A stretch of 64,000 nucleotides of DNA from a virus. Below the pieces are notes generated by a model. The model was given only the letters and a program-made list of their open reading frames with translations. It searched no databases and had not been told where the DNA came from. A program made the position numbers and the translations under genes. Below, in pieces: positions 54,299 through 64,000 of this stretch. Positions within the stretch are counted from its first letter, which is position 1, and the number at the start of each line of letters is the position of its first letter. The stretch covers positions 1-64,000 of IMG/VR virus record IMGVR_UViG_3300044838_000061. One strand, written 5' to 3'.

Positions 54299-56945
54299 GC
54301 TGGTCTCCCAGCATCAGGAGCAGCGCGCGCTCGTGCGCGTCCTCTAGGTCGTCGGTCAGGTAGAGCGTCTCGGTACCCTCGTCGTAGGCGACTCGCAGGC
54401 CGTCCACCGCGAGGTGTGCCGGCAGCTCCGGCACCCGCTCAACGGACAGCCTCTCGGTCGAGAGCGGGACCCAGCCGAGCGTGCCATTCTGGTGCTCGTC
54501 GACATCCATCGCGTCCTCGACGGAATAGACGCGGCCCTGGCGAGCCTGACACTCCGCGTCGGTGGTGGCGTCGGTCCCGTCGGAGGCGTCCACTGCCTGC
54601 ACCTGCGCGACCCCGGCGCGGTGCAGAGCCTCGAGCGTCCCGCGGTTGAACGCGTCACGGGTCTCCGTACGAGTCGCTCGGTCCGCGTGCGTCTTGGGGA
54701 AGTCCTGGAAGTGCTCCTTGGCGGCGTCAGCGACGGCAGCAGGGTCGACGGTCTTCTGTAGCTCGTCCCCGAGCCAGGACCGGCACTCGTCTCGCACGGT
54801 TCCGTCGATCGAGTCCAGCGCGAACTTGACGCGGTCCTTTACCCACGGGTCCAGCGCGCCGGATCCGAAGTCCTCGGCGTCCAGGCGCGCCCCCTTTAGC
54901 GCGCTCCTGCCGCCGCTCAGCGCCACCCCTCCCACGAGGTCCGCGAGTCGCCCTCCGACCTCGGTCGCGACGACCTGAGACGAGTGCCCGGGCGCCCCGG
55001 CCGCGTGCGAGGACGACCAGAGCGCGACGATCGACGCCGCCGCGGCACTCGCCTGCTGCTCGTCCAGCCCGGTCTTCTGCCGCTGATCCTGAGCCAGGTG
55101 GAGGGTCGGCTGGGCGCGAAGGAAGTCCACGAACGAGCCGTACTGCTGCTCGTAGCGCTCCAGCAGCAGTCGTCTCAGCCTGACCACGCGTGACCTGACG
55201 CCCGCGTCCCGATAGTGCGGGGTGTCGGGGAGCGAGTTCATGAACCCGTCGGACTCGGCGAGCACAATGCGCTGCGGGGGCTGCGCGTACTGATTTCCTC
55301 GCGCAGTCTTGACGACGCCGGCGTTGTAGCCCTGGGTGCCGACCTTCTCCGGATCCTGCACGGGCGGTCCCATGAGCGCTGCGAGCTCCGATATCTGCTG
55401 GACTTCCTTCTTCAACTGCATCTCATTGAGAAGCGGGATGTTCATCTGCTCGAGCAGCGCGCGAACGTCAACGGGGAGAACCTCGCCGCGGACCTGACCG
55501 ATGAGCTGGAAGACCTGGCTGCGCGTCTGCTCATCGAGCACACCGAGCGAGCGCGAGACCTTCTTACACGGAGTCCCCACCAACTCGGGGAAGTTCGCCG
55601 CGATGAACTGCGGGATCATGTACTCGTTGATGATCGAGTCGTAGTAGTTCACGAGGAGCTGCTGGCTCTCCTCGTAGACTTGCCCGAGTTGGGTCGCCAT
55701 CCGCGCACCACCAGTGCCGCCAGAGGAACCTCCGGCTGTCCTTGACCCGGTTCCCTCGATCATGGATTGCTCAGGGATAAACCACGATCTCAGCTTGTAA
55801 ACATCAAGTAGCTTGAATGTTGCATCGAGCTCGGAGAAGTTGTTCTTGCCGTCGAGGTAGCCGATATCCCACTTACGCATCGTCGTCACATGGCCGTCGC
55901 TCGTCTCGGCCAGTGATCCCGGAACCGCGAGCGTCGCCCCAGAGCGTGTCTGGTTCCCGAGGTCGAGCGCTGTCTGTCGCGCTCGCTTGACCATCGGGTT
56001 CTCCTGGTCGGGGTCATCCGGGTCGATGTACTGGTCGAAGTCCACCGGGTAGTAGACGACCTTCGGAGGATCGGCGAGGTTCTCATAGCTGCGGTCCGCG
56101 AGTCGCCACCTGAACCAGAAGCTCCACCAGAAGGGATAGGCCCTTTTCGTCCTAGCAGCCCCAAAGCATGATCCGAAATTTAGGGATTCTTCGTTCGTGA
56201 GCCAGAGCGCATAGTCCGGCCCGATGAAGTGACCCGGGATGACCATGTACCCGTAGGCGCTGGCGGCCGAAATGAGGTCGTTATGAGGGATCGGAGTCTG
56301 CGAAAACTTGAACCCGACCATTTGGCCGTCCTCGTCCCACTGCGGGAGACAGTGGGAGGGGTTGAGCGTCGCCGGAGGTCTCCAGAGCAACGCGTCGGCC
56401 GACGAGTCCCAGACCGGGATGTCCTTGTCCGAGTCCTCAGAGTTCGGATCGCGGTAAGTGCCCCCGAGCTTCCCGAGCCGGAACCGCTTGACGGCCGGCT
56501 GGTGCCCGTACCAGAGCGAGTTGCTGAAGGCTAGGAGCGTCTCGGCGATGATAGGACGGAGGGCCTCGTCGACAGCGGCTGCGAGTCTGGCGTTGGGACT
56601 CGCGATGCTCCACTCGGCACGGACGATCGGCGTGATCGTCATCCACCATCCGAACGCGAGCATGAGGTCGGTCGTCATCTCTCGCAGCTGCTCGAATGGG
56701 ATCCAGCGGACGGAGAAGGGGTTCCCCAGCTGGTTCTGGAGGAGGGAGAGGTCGATGATCTCAGACTGAGTCCGCTGCCTGATCGTCGGTCCCGACGCCT
56801 CGGCTCTAGCAAGCCGCTGAAGGACGCCCTGGTCACGCTCGGTCTCGACGACACGCTCCTCCTCGGGAGAAGGTCCCTGCGTCCGCTGAGTGAGGACGGG
56901 ATCCAGGCTTATTGACTGGTCGAGGCTGCTGTCGTCAACGGCCAT
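54282..56945 (-). CDS. portal protein fused to a MuF-like domain
   Basis: Follows the terminase; C-terminal RATRTET..AFNRG..C..R.G..HQNG. Confidence 0.82.
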   Translation of the reverse strand: MAVDDSSLDQSISLDPVLTQRTQGPSPEEERVVETERDQGVLQRLARAEASGPTIRQRTQSEIIDLSLLQNQLGNPFSVRWIPFEQLREMTTDLMLAFGWWMTITPIVRAEWSIASPNARLAAAVDEALRPIIAETLLAFSNSLWYGHQPAVKRFRLGKLGGTYRDPNSEDSDKDIPVWDSSADALLWRPPATLNPSHCLPQWDEDGQMVGFKFSQTPIPHNDLISAASAYGYMVIPGHFIGPDYALWLTNEESLNFGSCFGAARTKRAYPFWWSFWFRWRLADRSYENLADPPKVVYYPVDFDQYIDPDDPDQENPMVKRARQTALDLGNQTRSGATLAVPGSLAETSDGHVTTMRKWDIGYLDGKNNFSELDATFKLLDVYKLRSWFIPEQSMIEGTGSRTAGGSSGGTGGARMATQLGQVYEESQQLLVNYYDSIINEYMIPQFIAANFPELVGTPCKKVSRSLGVLDEQTRSQVFQLIGQVRGEVLPVDVRALLEQMNIPLLNEMQLKKEVQQISELAALMGPPVQDPEKVGTQGYNAGVVKTARGNQYAQPPQRIVLAESDGFMNSLPDTPHYRDAGVRSRVVRLRRLLLERYEQQYGSFVDFLRAQPTLHLAQDQRQKTGLDEQQASAAAASIVALWSSSHAAGAPGHSSQVVATEVGGRLADLVGGVALSGGRSALKGARLDAEDFGSGALDPWVKDRVKFALDSIDGTVRDECRSWLGDELQKTVDPAAVADAAKEHFQDFPKTHADRATRTETRDAFNRGTLEALHRAGVAQVQAVDASDGTDATTDAECQARQGRVYSVEDAMDVDEHQNGTLGWVPLSTERLSVERVPELPAHLAVDGLRVAYDEGTETLYLTDDLEDAHERALLLMLGDQLKLSS

Positions 56946-58830
56946 AGGGACTCCTGTCGGCGAATGACTCGCCTAGTCGGGAACGCCACGCGCGCTCGTC
57001 AGCGAAGGGGTCGCCTCCCTGGGACACCGCGGCGGCGAGGGACGAGTCGTGCGCGCGCTGGACGACTATCGGCGTCGCGCCGGACCCCGGAGCCTGGTGC
57101 TGTCTGCGCCGCTCGAGTGTCTCAGTATTGGCGTGTAGGTACCTAGAGGCGGCCATCGTGTGGGAGCTCTCGTCGTGGACCTCGCGGCCGTTCTTCTGTC
57201 GCCACGACTCGACGTCGTCCATGTGACGAGAGCACCTCGAGTCCACCCAGTAACGCTTGTCCGCGACGAGATCCTGCAACGTCTTCACCGTCGGGGCGAA
57301 GTCTCGGTTCGGCAGGTACCAGACAGTCCGAAGCGGAGGGGTGTGTTCGCGCCAATCGTCGCGCTGCTGCTTCCCGGCCATGTCGGCGAAGCGTCCGGTG
57401 ACGCGAAACCCGGGGATCTGCCTGCGCCACGCGATCTCCTTGGCGACGACCTTGTCGGCGAGCTTGGTCGCCCCAACGTTGGCCTCCAGTAACTCGTCGA
57501 AGGCAACGTACGCGCCGAGTATGACCGTCACGGTTCCGGACGGACCCTGGATCGTCACAGACACACGTAGTGGTCCTTGTACCCAAAGGACTGCCGAAAC
57601 CGCGGAGCCACCCCAGTCCACCGACTGCCACACCTGTCCGAGTTCCGGCCGAGGCTGCCAGCCGACGGTCGTGAACCTCTGGCGCGTCCAGCCCGGGAGG
57701 TAGAGGCCGTCCGCCATCGGTCGTCGACACTCCATCTGTGCGTCCCAAGTGGCTTGCGCGTTCTTACGAAACTTGCGCTTGATGTCATCGTAGGCCAGCC
57801 ATCCCCGCGAGCGGAAGAATCGCCCGCGACAGACTGACTCCAGCGTGCGCGGGACGTCCTCGGCCCACTCGCCCTTGACAACTCGGTCACACGAGCACAG
57901 TTCCCCGGGATCGCGACCGAGTTCACGCAGACGTCCCTCGCGCTGCTCAACGGACACGCCGCGGCAACAAGGAACCTCCTCGGCCACCTCTGCCACGCAG
58001 TAGGCGTAGAGCTTCCATGACCCCTCGTACCCCTGTCGTTCGGTCTCCTCGGTCTCCTCGATGAGCTTCTGCATCGGGCCGTGCATCGACTTACGAGTCG
58101 ACGTGACGACGTCCAACGCCGGGATACGACTACCGTCGGGGAGCAGCGTTGAGGAGGACATGTTGGCCGACTCGGCCAGGATGTCGTCGTCCATCAGGTC
58201 AACCTCATCGGCGTGAACGGTGTTGGGGTGCGGGCTGTTTACGCCCGAGGCGGTACCTACGATGATGGATAGTAACGAGCCGATCTTCCATAGGATGCGT
58301 TTCTGGAGCGGCTCACCGTCGATTTCGGGCTTTACTCTCCGGGTGACAGATCCGTCATCGTTTGACACCCTCTCCTGCACGAACCCCTGGACGTAAGAGA
58401 AAGCCTTTTCCGCCTGATCTCGAATAGATCCGAAGGTGACTCCCTCGTGCTGCGGGATGAACTTGCACTTCATGTACTGGAGGATCGAGACGTTGAGCGT
58501 CCCGCCGGCCTCGCGCGACTTCAGGATCAGGATCCCGCTGTGGCGGTTGAAGAACCCGTCGGCGATCGGGTCGAACGGCGCGCAGTGGTCCTCACAGACA
58601 GAGACCCGCGGGATGTCAAACCCGGTCTCGGCCAAGATGGCGGCGTGGAGCTCGTCGTCTGTCTGCGGCACCCGAGCACCCTGAGTCGTTTGCCGCTCAC
58701 CTCGGTTGTCGACGATCGGCTTGGTGATCGTGGCGAGAGAGACTTTGGCCTCGTGGGACAGTCCACGCAGCCGCGCGCGCAGCGCATCGAACTCCTCTTG
58801 CGTCGCCGGACGTCGAGCGGTGGCGCTCAC
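56935..58830 (-). CDS. terminase large subunit
   Basis: KSREAGGT (deviant Walker A), VHADEVD, TST, SVDWG, SHTMAASRY; GTG 58830 overlaps the upstream stop. Confidence 0.85.
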   Translation of the reverse strand: MSATARRPATQEEFDALRARLRGLSHEAKVSLATITKPIVDNRGERQTTQGARVPQTDDELHAAILAETGFDIPRVSVCEDHCAPFDPIADGFFNRHSGILILKSREAGGTLNVSILQYMKCKFIPQHEGVTFGSIRDQAEKAFSYVQGFVQERVSNDDGSVTRRVKPEIDGEPLQKRILWKIGSLLSIIVGTASGVNSPHPNTVHADEVDLMDDDILAESANMSSSTLLPDGSRIPALDVVTSTRKSMHGPMQKLIEETEETERQGYEGSWKLYAYCVAEVAEEVPCCRGVSVEQREGRLRELGRDPGELCSCDRVVKGEWAEDVPRTLESVCRGRFFRSRGWLAYDDIKRKFRKNAQATWDAQMECRRPMADGLYLPGWTRQRFTTVGWQPRPELGQVWQSVDWGGSAVSAVLWVQGPLRVSVTIQGPSGTVTVILGAYVAFDELLEANVGATKLADKVVAKEIAWRRQIPGFRVTGRFADMAGKQQRDDWREHTPPLRTVWYLPNRDFAPTVKTLQDLVADKRYWVDSRCSRHMDDVESWRQKNGREVHDESSHTMAASRYLHANTETLERRRQHQAPGSGATPIVVQRAHDSSLAAAVSQGGDPFADERAWRSRLGESFADRSPYGR

Positions 58831-59531
58831 GCGGCCTGCGCCTCTGTGGCTCGGTGCTCGGGGCAGGCCGCCAGCGATGCCGTGCGTGCGAGTAGGTCCG
58901 GATCCGAGACGCCTGAGTCGCGCATCAACTCGACCACGCGGTCCTTCTCCGCGTCGCACGCGTAACAGTCGAACGACGGCGGAGGCTCGATTCGTGGGGG
59001 ACCGTCGTCCGGAACAACCTCCGCGTCCACGACCTCGCCGAAGGCGGAGAAGTCGACACCTAGCGCGTCACCCATCAGTTCCAACAGGCGTTTATCGAGT
59101 TGGGTCCCAGAGAGTTTCCTGAACTCCTTCTCGTCCTCCCGTGCATTCTTGACGGCCCAGTCCTCCATCCGCATGTACTCGCGGATTCCCTCAAGCTGCA
59201 GGCGCTTGTCCTTGTGCTGGCCGAAGATCATCGCGTCGAGCTTCTCGATGATCTCGTCGGCCTTCTCTTGGGCGTGCTCGGCCGCGATCTCCTGGAACTT
59301 CTTGGTCCGACGACGGTGGAAGCCGTTCTGACCGCCAGCCCTCCCCTCGACGTGGAGCTGGAGCATCTTCTGACGCTGCTCCTCGCGTCTCGCGGGAGTC
59401 CAGTACGTATCGTGGTAGTCCTCGGTCGTACAACCCCCCAGCTGGCGACCGTCCTTGCCTAGGGCGGCGTGGCGCGACCCGAACGCCGATGGCGGTCGAG
59501 CGGGTAGCACATCGGGTTCCTCTGCGGCCAC
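58827..59531 (-). CDS. putative terminase small subunit
   Basis: Helical protein coupled directly upstream of the large subunit. Confidence 0.55.
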   Translation of the reverse strand: MAAEEPDVLPARPPSAFGSRHAALGKDGRQLGGCTTEDYHDTYWTPARREEQRQKMLQLHVEGRAGGQNGFHRRRTKKFQEIAAEHAQEKADEIIEKLDAMIFGQHKDKRLQLEGIREYMRMEDWAVKNAREDEKEFRKLSGTQLDKRLLELMGDALGVDFSAFGEVVDAEVVPDDGPPRIEPPPSFDCYACDAEKDRVVELMRDSGVSDPDLLARTASLAACPEHRATEAQAA

Positions 59532-59578
59532 GAACCTCAGAGCATACTCGCTCTCGTTCCTAGTTTATACACCTACTA

Positions 59579-60055
59579 CTAGGTCTCTGCCAGCGTCCTC
59601 GCGGCGAGGGCCATCACAACGGCGTCGGCCCGATCACTGCCTCCCTTGTCAAACCGCCCGAAGTCGTGGTTGGGGTAGAGCCTCTTCACGGCGTCGAACG
59701 CATCGCGCTTGGACAGCGCGCCGGAGCCGAGCGCGATCTTCCGGGCGGTGCTGACGCGCCCTTCGACGACCACGACCCCGAGCCGCTTACAGGCCAGCAC
59801 CGCGGCGCTCTGATAATGCGAGACGACCCTCGTGCTCTGAGCGTTACGCTCAACGGAAAGGAACTCGACGGCGGCCATGTCGGGGACACCGACGCGCCTG
59901 AGCCAACCGATGAGCCATTCATGGAACTGGTAGAGACGCTCTGGAGCGGAACCGCTGGAAGGACGCTTCCAGGTGTCCGTCAGGAGGAGACCCTTGCGGT
60001 CCATGTAGGCGACCCCGCTGCAGGAAGAACTGGGGTCGACGCCCACGAGCTTCAC
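59579..60055 (-). CDS. ruvC: RuvC-like Holliday junction resolvase
   Basis: VGVDPS, AAVE, G.G..SK, DRADAV. Confidence 0.85.
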   Translation of the reverse strand: MKLVGVDPSSSCSGVAYMDRKGLLLTDTWKRPSSGSAPERLYQFHEWLIGWLRRVGVPDMAAVEFLSVERNAQSTRVVSHYQSAAVLACKRLGVVVVEGRVSTARKIALGSGALSKRDAFDAVKRLYPNHDFGRFDKGGSDRADAVVMALAARTLAET

Positions 60056-60543
60056 TCGGGCCTCACCAGCGCGATGACGTCCTCGTGGAAGAGGGGCTGA
60101 CCGAGTAGCCAACACGTGGCGGCGATGAAGTCGAAGTCCCCCTCGTAACGCGATCCCCACTGTCCAAGTAGTCCAACCGATCGAGGCGCGATGACCATCT
60201 GGGTCGACACATTTCCGCAAGCCACCTCCGGCAACTGCCAGAGCTCGCGGCCGTCCGCATAGCGCATCCGGAACACATGCACCCTGTCCGGCACCTCGGC
60301 GAAGCGAGCGCGAACGACGTCGAGAGCGCCCTCCACGTAGGCGTCGTCGTCGTCGATGAACAACAGCGCGTCCCCGCGAGCCGCCGGCATCAGCTGATTT
60401 CGCGCGGCGTGCCCCCAGGGTGCGTCCGAGTTGACTGAAACGAGTATCTCGTCGCCATCGACCATCTGTGATCGAGCGCTCTCAATGGTCCGCGAGAGAG
60501 TGGGTCGCCCGCAAGACGCGACGATGATCGAGAGGTGGATCAC
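60052..60543 (-). CDS. GT2-family glycosyltransferase
   Basis: LSIIVAS, GHAARN, FIDDDD, EGDFDF. Confidence 0.85.
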   Translation of the reverse strand: MIHLSIIVASCGRPTLSRTIESARSQMVDGDEILVSVNSDAPWGHAARNQLMPAARGDALLFIDDDDAYVEGALDVVRARFAEVPDRVHVFRMRYADGRELWQLPEVACGNVSTQMVIAPRSVGLLGQWGSRYEGDFDFIAATCWLLGQPLFHEDVIALVRPE

Positions 60544-61085
60544 CGCGTCTTCACCCAGAGCGTGTCGACCAACCGACTCGGACCTTCGGGGAAGAGCGCG
60601 TCTAGCGCCGCCTCGACGCCATCGCAGCTCTCCTCACGGTAGTCGTGACAAGCGAGCGCCCCTCCGTCCGTGAGCACCCACCATGCGAGCTCGACGTCCC
60701 GACGCACCGAGTCCTTACGGTGGTCGCCGTCGACGAACACTAGGTCGAATAAGGCACCAGCGCGACAGAGGCCGCTCAGGACTTCCGCGCTGCGAGCGAC
60801 CACGACGCTGACTTTGTGGGACAGATCGTAGGCGGCGAGGTTCGCGCGCAGATGGGCAAGCGAGTCGCCGGCCAAAGACCCGAAGCCACCGTGGGGGTCG
60901 ATCGCGAACACGTGCTCGGCAACCTGTCCCATCACGACCGAGCTATAGCCGTACGCCGAGCCGACCTCGACGACCCTCCCGTCGACCGCTAGAGAGCGTA
61001 ACTCACACGTCTCGGCCTCCGTCAGTGAGGTGGAGATCGGTCGCCCGTCGCCGACGCTGATCTCGCGCCAAGAGAGCAACATCAC
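60540..61085 (-). CDS. class I SAM-dependent methyltransferase (Methyltransf_24-like)
   Basis: VEVGSAYGYS, AIDPH, FDLVFVDGDH, HDY. Confidence 0.85.
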   Translation of the reverse strand: MMLLSWREISVGDGRPISTSLTEAETCELRSLAVDGRVVEVGSAYGYSSVVMGQVAEHVFAIDPHGGFGSLAGDSLAHLRANLAAYDLSHKVSVVVARSAEVLSGLCRAGALFDLVFVDGDHRKDSVRRDVELAWWVLTDGGALACHDYREESCDGVEAALDALFPEGPSRLVDTLWVKTR

Positions 61086-62134
61086 GCGACCCTCGCGACG
61101 TGTTGCTTACCGTGGTTCTCACGAGCGAGTTCCCAAGCCTCAAGCCAACGCCACGCGTTGTCCTCGAGCACAAAGCTCTCGCGAACTCGCTCGCGCAGCT
61201 CCTCCCCGTAGCCGTGCTGCACCATATCGAGAGCAGCGTGTACCTCCCTACGCCAGCTACGACCGCGGTCCTCGACCACCCGAAAGTCAAGGTAGGAGGC
61301 TAGGGCGCGGTACTCGGGTAGACCCGAGGCGACGGGCACAACGCCGAGCGCCGCGTACTCGAGCGGTTTGATTCGCGACTTCGCTGAGTTGAAGACGTTC
61401 GAGGCGAGCGGGGCAATCCCGACGTCGAGCCGAGCCACCGCCGTCGCGTAGTCGGAGAAGGAGACGACGCCGGTCGCCTCCGGCTCGCCGTCTAGTCCGA
61501 GCCTCCGCTGAACGTCCTCCCCCGGACCCACGACGAGAAATCGCGCCCCACGCTCACGGACCGCCTTTCCGACGCCGCCGCGGGTGACGTCGAGGTCGTC
61601 GTGATGGACAAGCAGGTTCCCTCCCCATCCGACCGTGAGACCGTCGCGCTCGACCTCCACACCGAGGAGCCGCGAGGGGACGAAGTTCGGCAGGACGACG
61701 GAGTGCTCCGGCGCGTATCGCCGTAGGACCGGAGCGGACACCGTGACGAGGTCAGCCAGCCGACACGCGCGTCGCAGGTGCCTCCAGTTGCAGGTCGGGT
61801 TCGTTCGCGGCTGATAGAAGACGTGCTGGGAATGGAGGGGAGGTAGGTGCTCGAGGTCGTCGTCCAGTTCCACCACTACCGCGATCCCGGACGCCTGGTA
61901 ATAGGGGATTGAGTCGACAAGGCGCGCATCCACCGGGCGCTGGAGGACCAGCACGTCGACCTCAGGCGCGTCCTCGACGCCCACTACGAGGCCCGACGAC
62001 CGCGAGACCGTGAACCTCAGCGTCGGCTGAGACACGACCTCGACCTCCCCGTGGGCCACGAGGATCCCAGCCGGGCCGTCGACGCGGTAGAAGCCGCACG
62101 CCTCCTCGTCGAACGCGACGGTAGCTACGCGCAC
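61082..62134 (-). CDS. GT-B (GT4-like) glycosyltransferase
   Basis: CGFYR, ELDDDL, ADLVTVS, GWGG...H, DVGIAPL..FNSAKS.IK.LEY. Confidence 0.85.
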   Translation of the reverse strand: MRVATVAFDEEACGFYRVDGPAGILVAHGEVEVVSQPTLRFTVSRSSGLVVGVEDAPEVDVLVLQRPVDARLVDSIPYYQASGIAVVVELDDDLEHLPPLHSQHVFYQPRTNPTCNWRHLRRACRLADLVTVSAPVLRRYAPEHSVVLPNFVPSRLLGVEVERDGLTVGWGGNLLVHHDDLDVTRGGVGKAVRERGARFLVVGPGEDVQRRLGLDGEPEATGVVSFSDYATAVARLDVGIAPLASNVFNSAKSRIKPLEYAALGVVPVASGLPEYRALASYLDFRVVEDRGRSWRREVHAALDMVQHGYGEELRERVRESFVLEDNAWRWLEAWELARENHGKQHVARVA

Positions 62135-62845
62135 GCCTCCCTCCTCGCCCGCTTCTCCGCCATGATCTGGCCGACGAGAATCCCGTCGATCCACAGGCCG
62201 GCGATGGTCCCGACGGCGTCGACGTCCTGCTCCACCGTCGCTGCCATGACCTTGTAGGCGAACTGCATCGCTAGGTCGGAGACCTCGTGTGGATCCACAT
62301 CGGTCCCGACGAACACAGGCAGCATCCGTCCCATGTCGGTGAGCGTCTCTCCAGAGCGCTCATCGACCGACAGCTTGCGCCTGTTCAGCGCCTCAATGGC
62401 CTCGACCAGCAGGCTCACGCCGCTCACGCCGCCAGCCTCGGCTTGGTCGGCGCCTCATACCAGAACTCCAGCGCGAGGCCCTCCCTCGAGCGCATTACGA
62501 GCGGGACCACAACGGCGTCGTTGAAGGCGGTAGCCATCTGGTCGGAGACGACCCTCCGCGCCGCCTCGGCGTCCTCCGCGCAGACCAAAAACAGTCCGTC
62601 GTGGACGCGCCCGAACCCCTGGTGACGAGGCGAGTTGCGCGACTTGTGAAAGACCGCGAACCAGTCGAGCGAGATCACGTGACGGTCTTCACCGCGACGT
62701 AGAGTCCGATCAGGCTCCAAGCGACGACATTGAGCCAGAGGAGCCTCATCGCCAAGATCGTCATCCATGCGGGCACGTTGTATGACCCCGTGTAGCCGTC
62801 GGCCGTCTTGCGGGTCACGTACAGCGGTATCGACGGTGTCCTCAT
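62125..62845 (-). other. three small genes (62125-62427, 62424-62678, 62675-62845 membrane peptide)
   Basis: Coupled by stop/start overlaps. Confidence 0.5.
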
Positions 62846-63981
62846 CGCAGGCCACCAGCGCCCTCCAGCTCCTTATGGCGCATAGCCCATTGACGCGAGC
62901 AGGCCGACACGTCACGTGAGTAGCCGTCGCGGAGCGTCGTGAGCTGGCGCAGCACGCGCTCGATCTCATGTTCGCGCTCCTTCAGCGCGACGACCTCGAG
63001 ATCGGCGGCGACCATCGCCTCACGTTGAGCGTCGGTGAGGCGCTTGCGGGAGTCCTCCGGATCCTTCGACGGTAGGGAGTTGGCGACCTCGACCTCTCGC
63101 CCTTTCCGCAACTTCACCACGTCACGATGCTCGCCCTCCCACAGCCCCACCACGAAATTCGCGCGGCTGTGGCAGGCGTGGAACCGCGCGTGGTGCGAGC
63201 GCACGTCGTCGTCCGAGCACTTGGACATGTCGAACGGCAGCCGAGGAGGACGCTCGTCGATCTCCGGCGGTACCGGGAAGTGCTCGCGGTCGATGACCTC
63301 CGCGGCCGGGTTCTGCGGTAGCTCCTGGCTCGTCGCCCGGGTTGCGGTCATGCGCTTCGACTGCTGCTCCGCTGTTGACGCAGGCTCACCGATCTTCTCG
63401 GCGCGATCAGGAACCTCTGGCTCCTCGCGCTGCTCAGCGACGGTCGTCTGCTCACCCTCGCTGGTCTCGTCCAGCTGGTGCTCGGTTACCTTCTCGGTGG
63501 TCGCCGTCCCCTCATCCAGTGCCCGCGCGGCAAGAAGCTGCTCCTGCGTCACACGCCCTTCCGGGTTCTCGACCATGAACCGAAGCTCCTCGTCACCGAT
63601 GGACGGGACGTCGACCCTCCCTCGTCCGAACGCCTTCAGCATCGATCCGGAGACCTGCGACTCCAGTTCCTCGCGCTCGGGGGTGATCCCATCCAACACG
63701 TCGCCGGACTTCGATGCGGGAGCCTGCGGCTCGGGCTGTCGGTCGACGACCATCCGCGTCGTCTCGACCGTCTGACCCTCCGACTCTGGTGTTTCGACGC
63801 CATCGTCCGTCGGCGTCTCCTGCACCTCGCCGCCGGGATGCTCCACGACCCAGCGCAACTCCTCGTCGCTGAGCGAGGGAATCTGCGAGGGGTCGAGCTT
63901 GTGCGCTCGCATCGCGGAGAACGTGAGCCGGTCCTCGAGCGCCTTGCGCTCGTCTGAGGGAGGCGCGAGTTCCTCCGACAC
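62842..63981 (-). CDS. acidic repeat protein with UvsY-like helical C-terminus
   Basis: Two PS..DEELR..VE.P.G.V repeats; C-terminal TDAQREAMVAAD...SRQ..R. The UvsY likeness is inferred. Confidence 0.5.
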   Translation of the reverse strand: MSEELAPPSDERKALEDRLTFSAMRAHKLDPSQIPSLSDEELRWVVEHPGGEVQETPTDDGVETPESEGQTVETTRMVVDRQPEPQAPASKSGDVLDGITPEREELESQVSGSMLKAFGRGRVDVPSIGDEELRFMVENPEGRVTQEQLLAARALDEGTATTEKVTEHQLDETSEGEQTTVAEQREEPEVPDRAEKIGEPASTAEQQSKRMTATRATSQELPQNPAAEVIDREHFPVPPEIDERPPRLPFDMSKCSDDDVRSHHARFHACHSRANFVVGLWEGEHRDVVKLRKGREVEVANSLPSKDPEDSRKRLTDAQREAMVAADLEVVALKEREHEIERVLRQLTTLRDGYSRDVSACSRQWAMRHKELEGAGGLR

Positions 63982-64000
63982 GCCATCCTGCGCGACCTCC

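Noticed and set aside
58495-58525. Inactive terminase lacking the Walker A lysine
   Set aside because: KSRxxGxT is a known deviant Walker A with the Lys shifted forward.
1-64000. tRNA, rRNA, reverse transcriptase/DGR, transposase, stop-codon recoding
   Set aside because: None recognised by eye, and genes are intact in the standard code. A tRNAscan/Infernal run is still advisable.

Overview
The whole window reads as part of one high-GC temperate siphovirus genome; an actinobacterial host is my inference, and I recognised no host genes. Left to right: small regulatory and membrane genes; an SF2 helicase; a minus-strand tail and head module (minor tail, LamG protein, distal-tail-like protein with a class 3 intein, 2519-aa tape measure, chaperones, neck, major tail, major capsid, decoration, protease/scaffold); an integrase/excisionase cassette; a divergent control region at about 38.9-39.6 kb packed with TTCnTAnGAA boxes; a plus-strand run of small early-type genes with FtsK; nucleotide-metabolism genes; a lysis region with a lipoprotein-type GH25 endolysin; portal, terminase and RuvC; and a glycosyltransferase/methyltransferase trio. 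Most notable: (1) the Ala1/WCT class 3 intein, carrying both AP2 and LAGLIDADG domains, in a structural tail protein; (2) the TTCnTAnGAA motif network; (3) N- and C-terminal remnants of a C5 DNA methyltransferase on opposite strands around the 11.6-kb integrase/early block, which may record an inversion; (4) one ~100-aa module inserted in both the decoration and tail-tube proteins; (5) several candidate structured RNAs. All calls come from reading motifs by eye; no searches were run.
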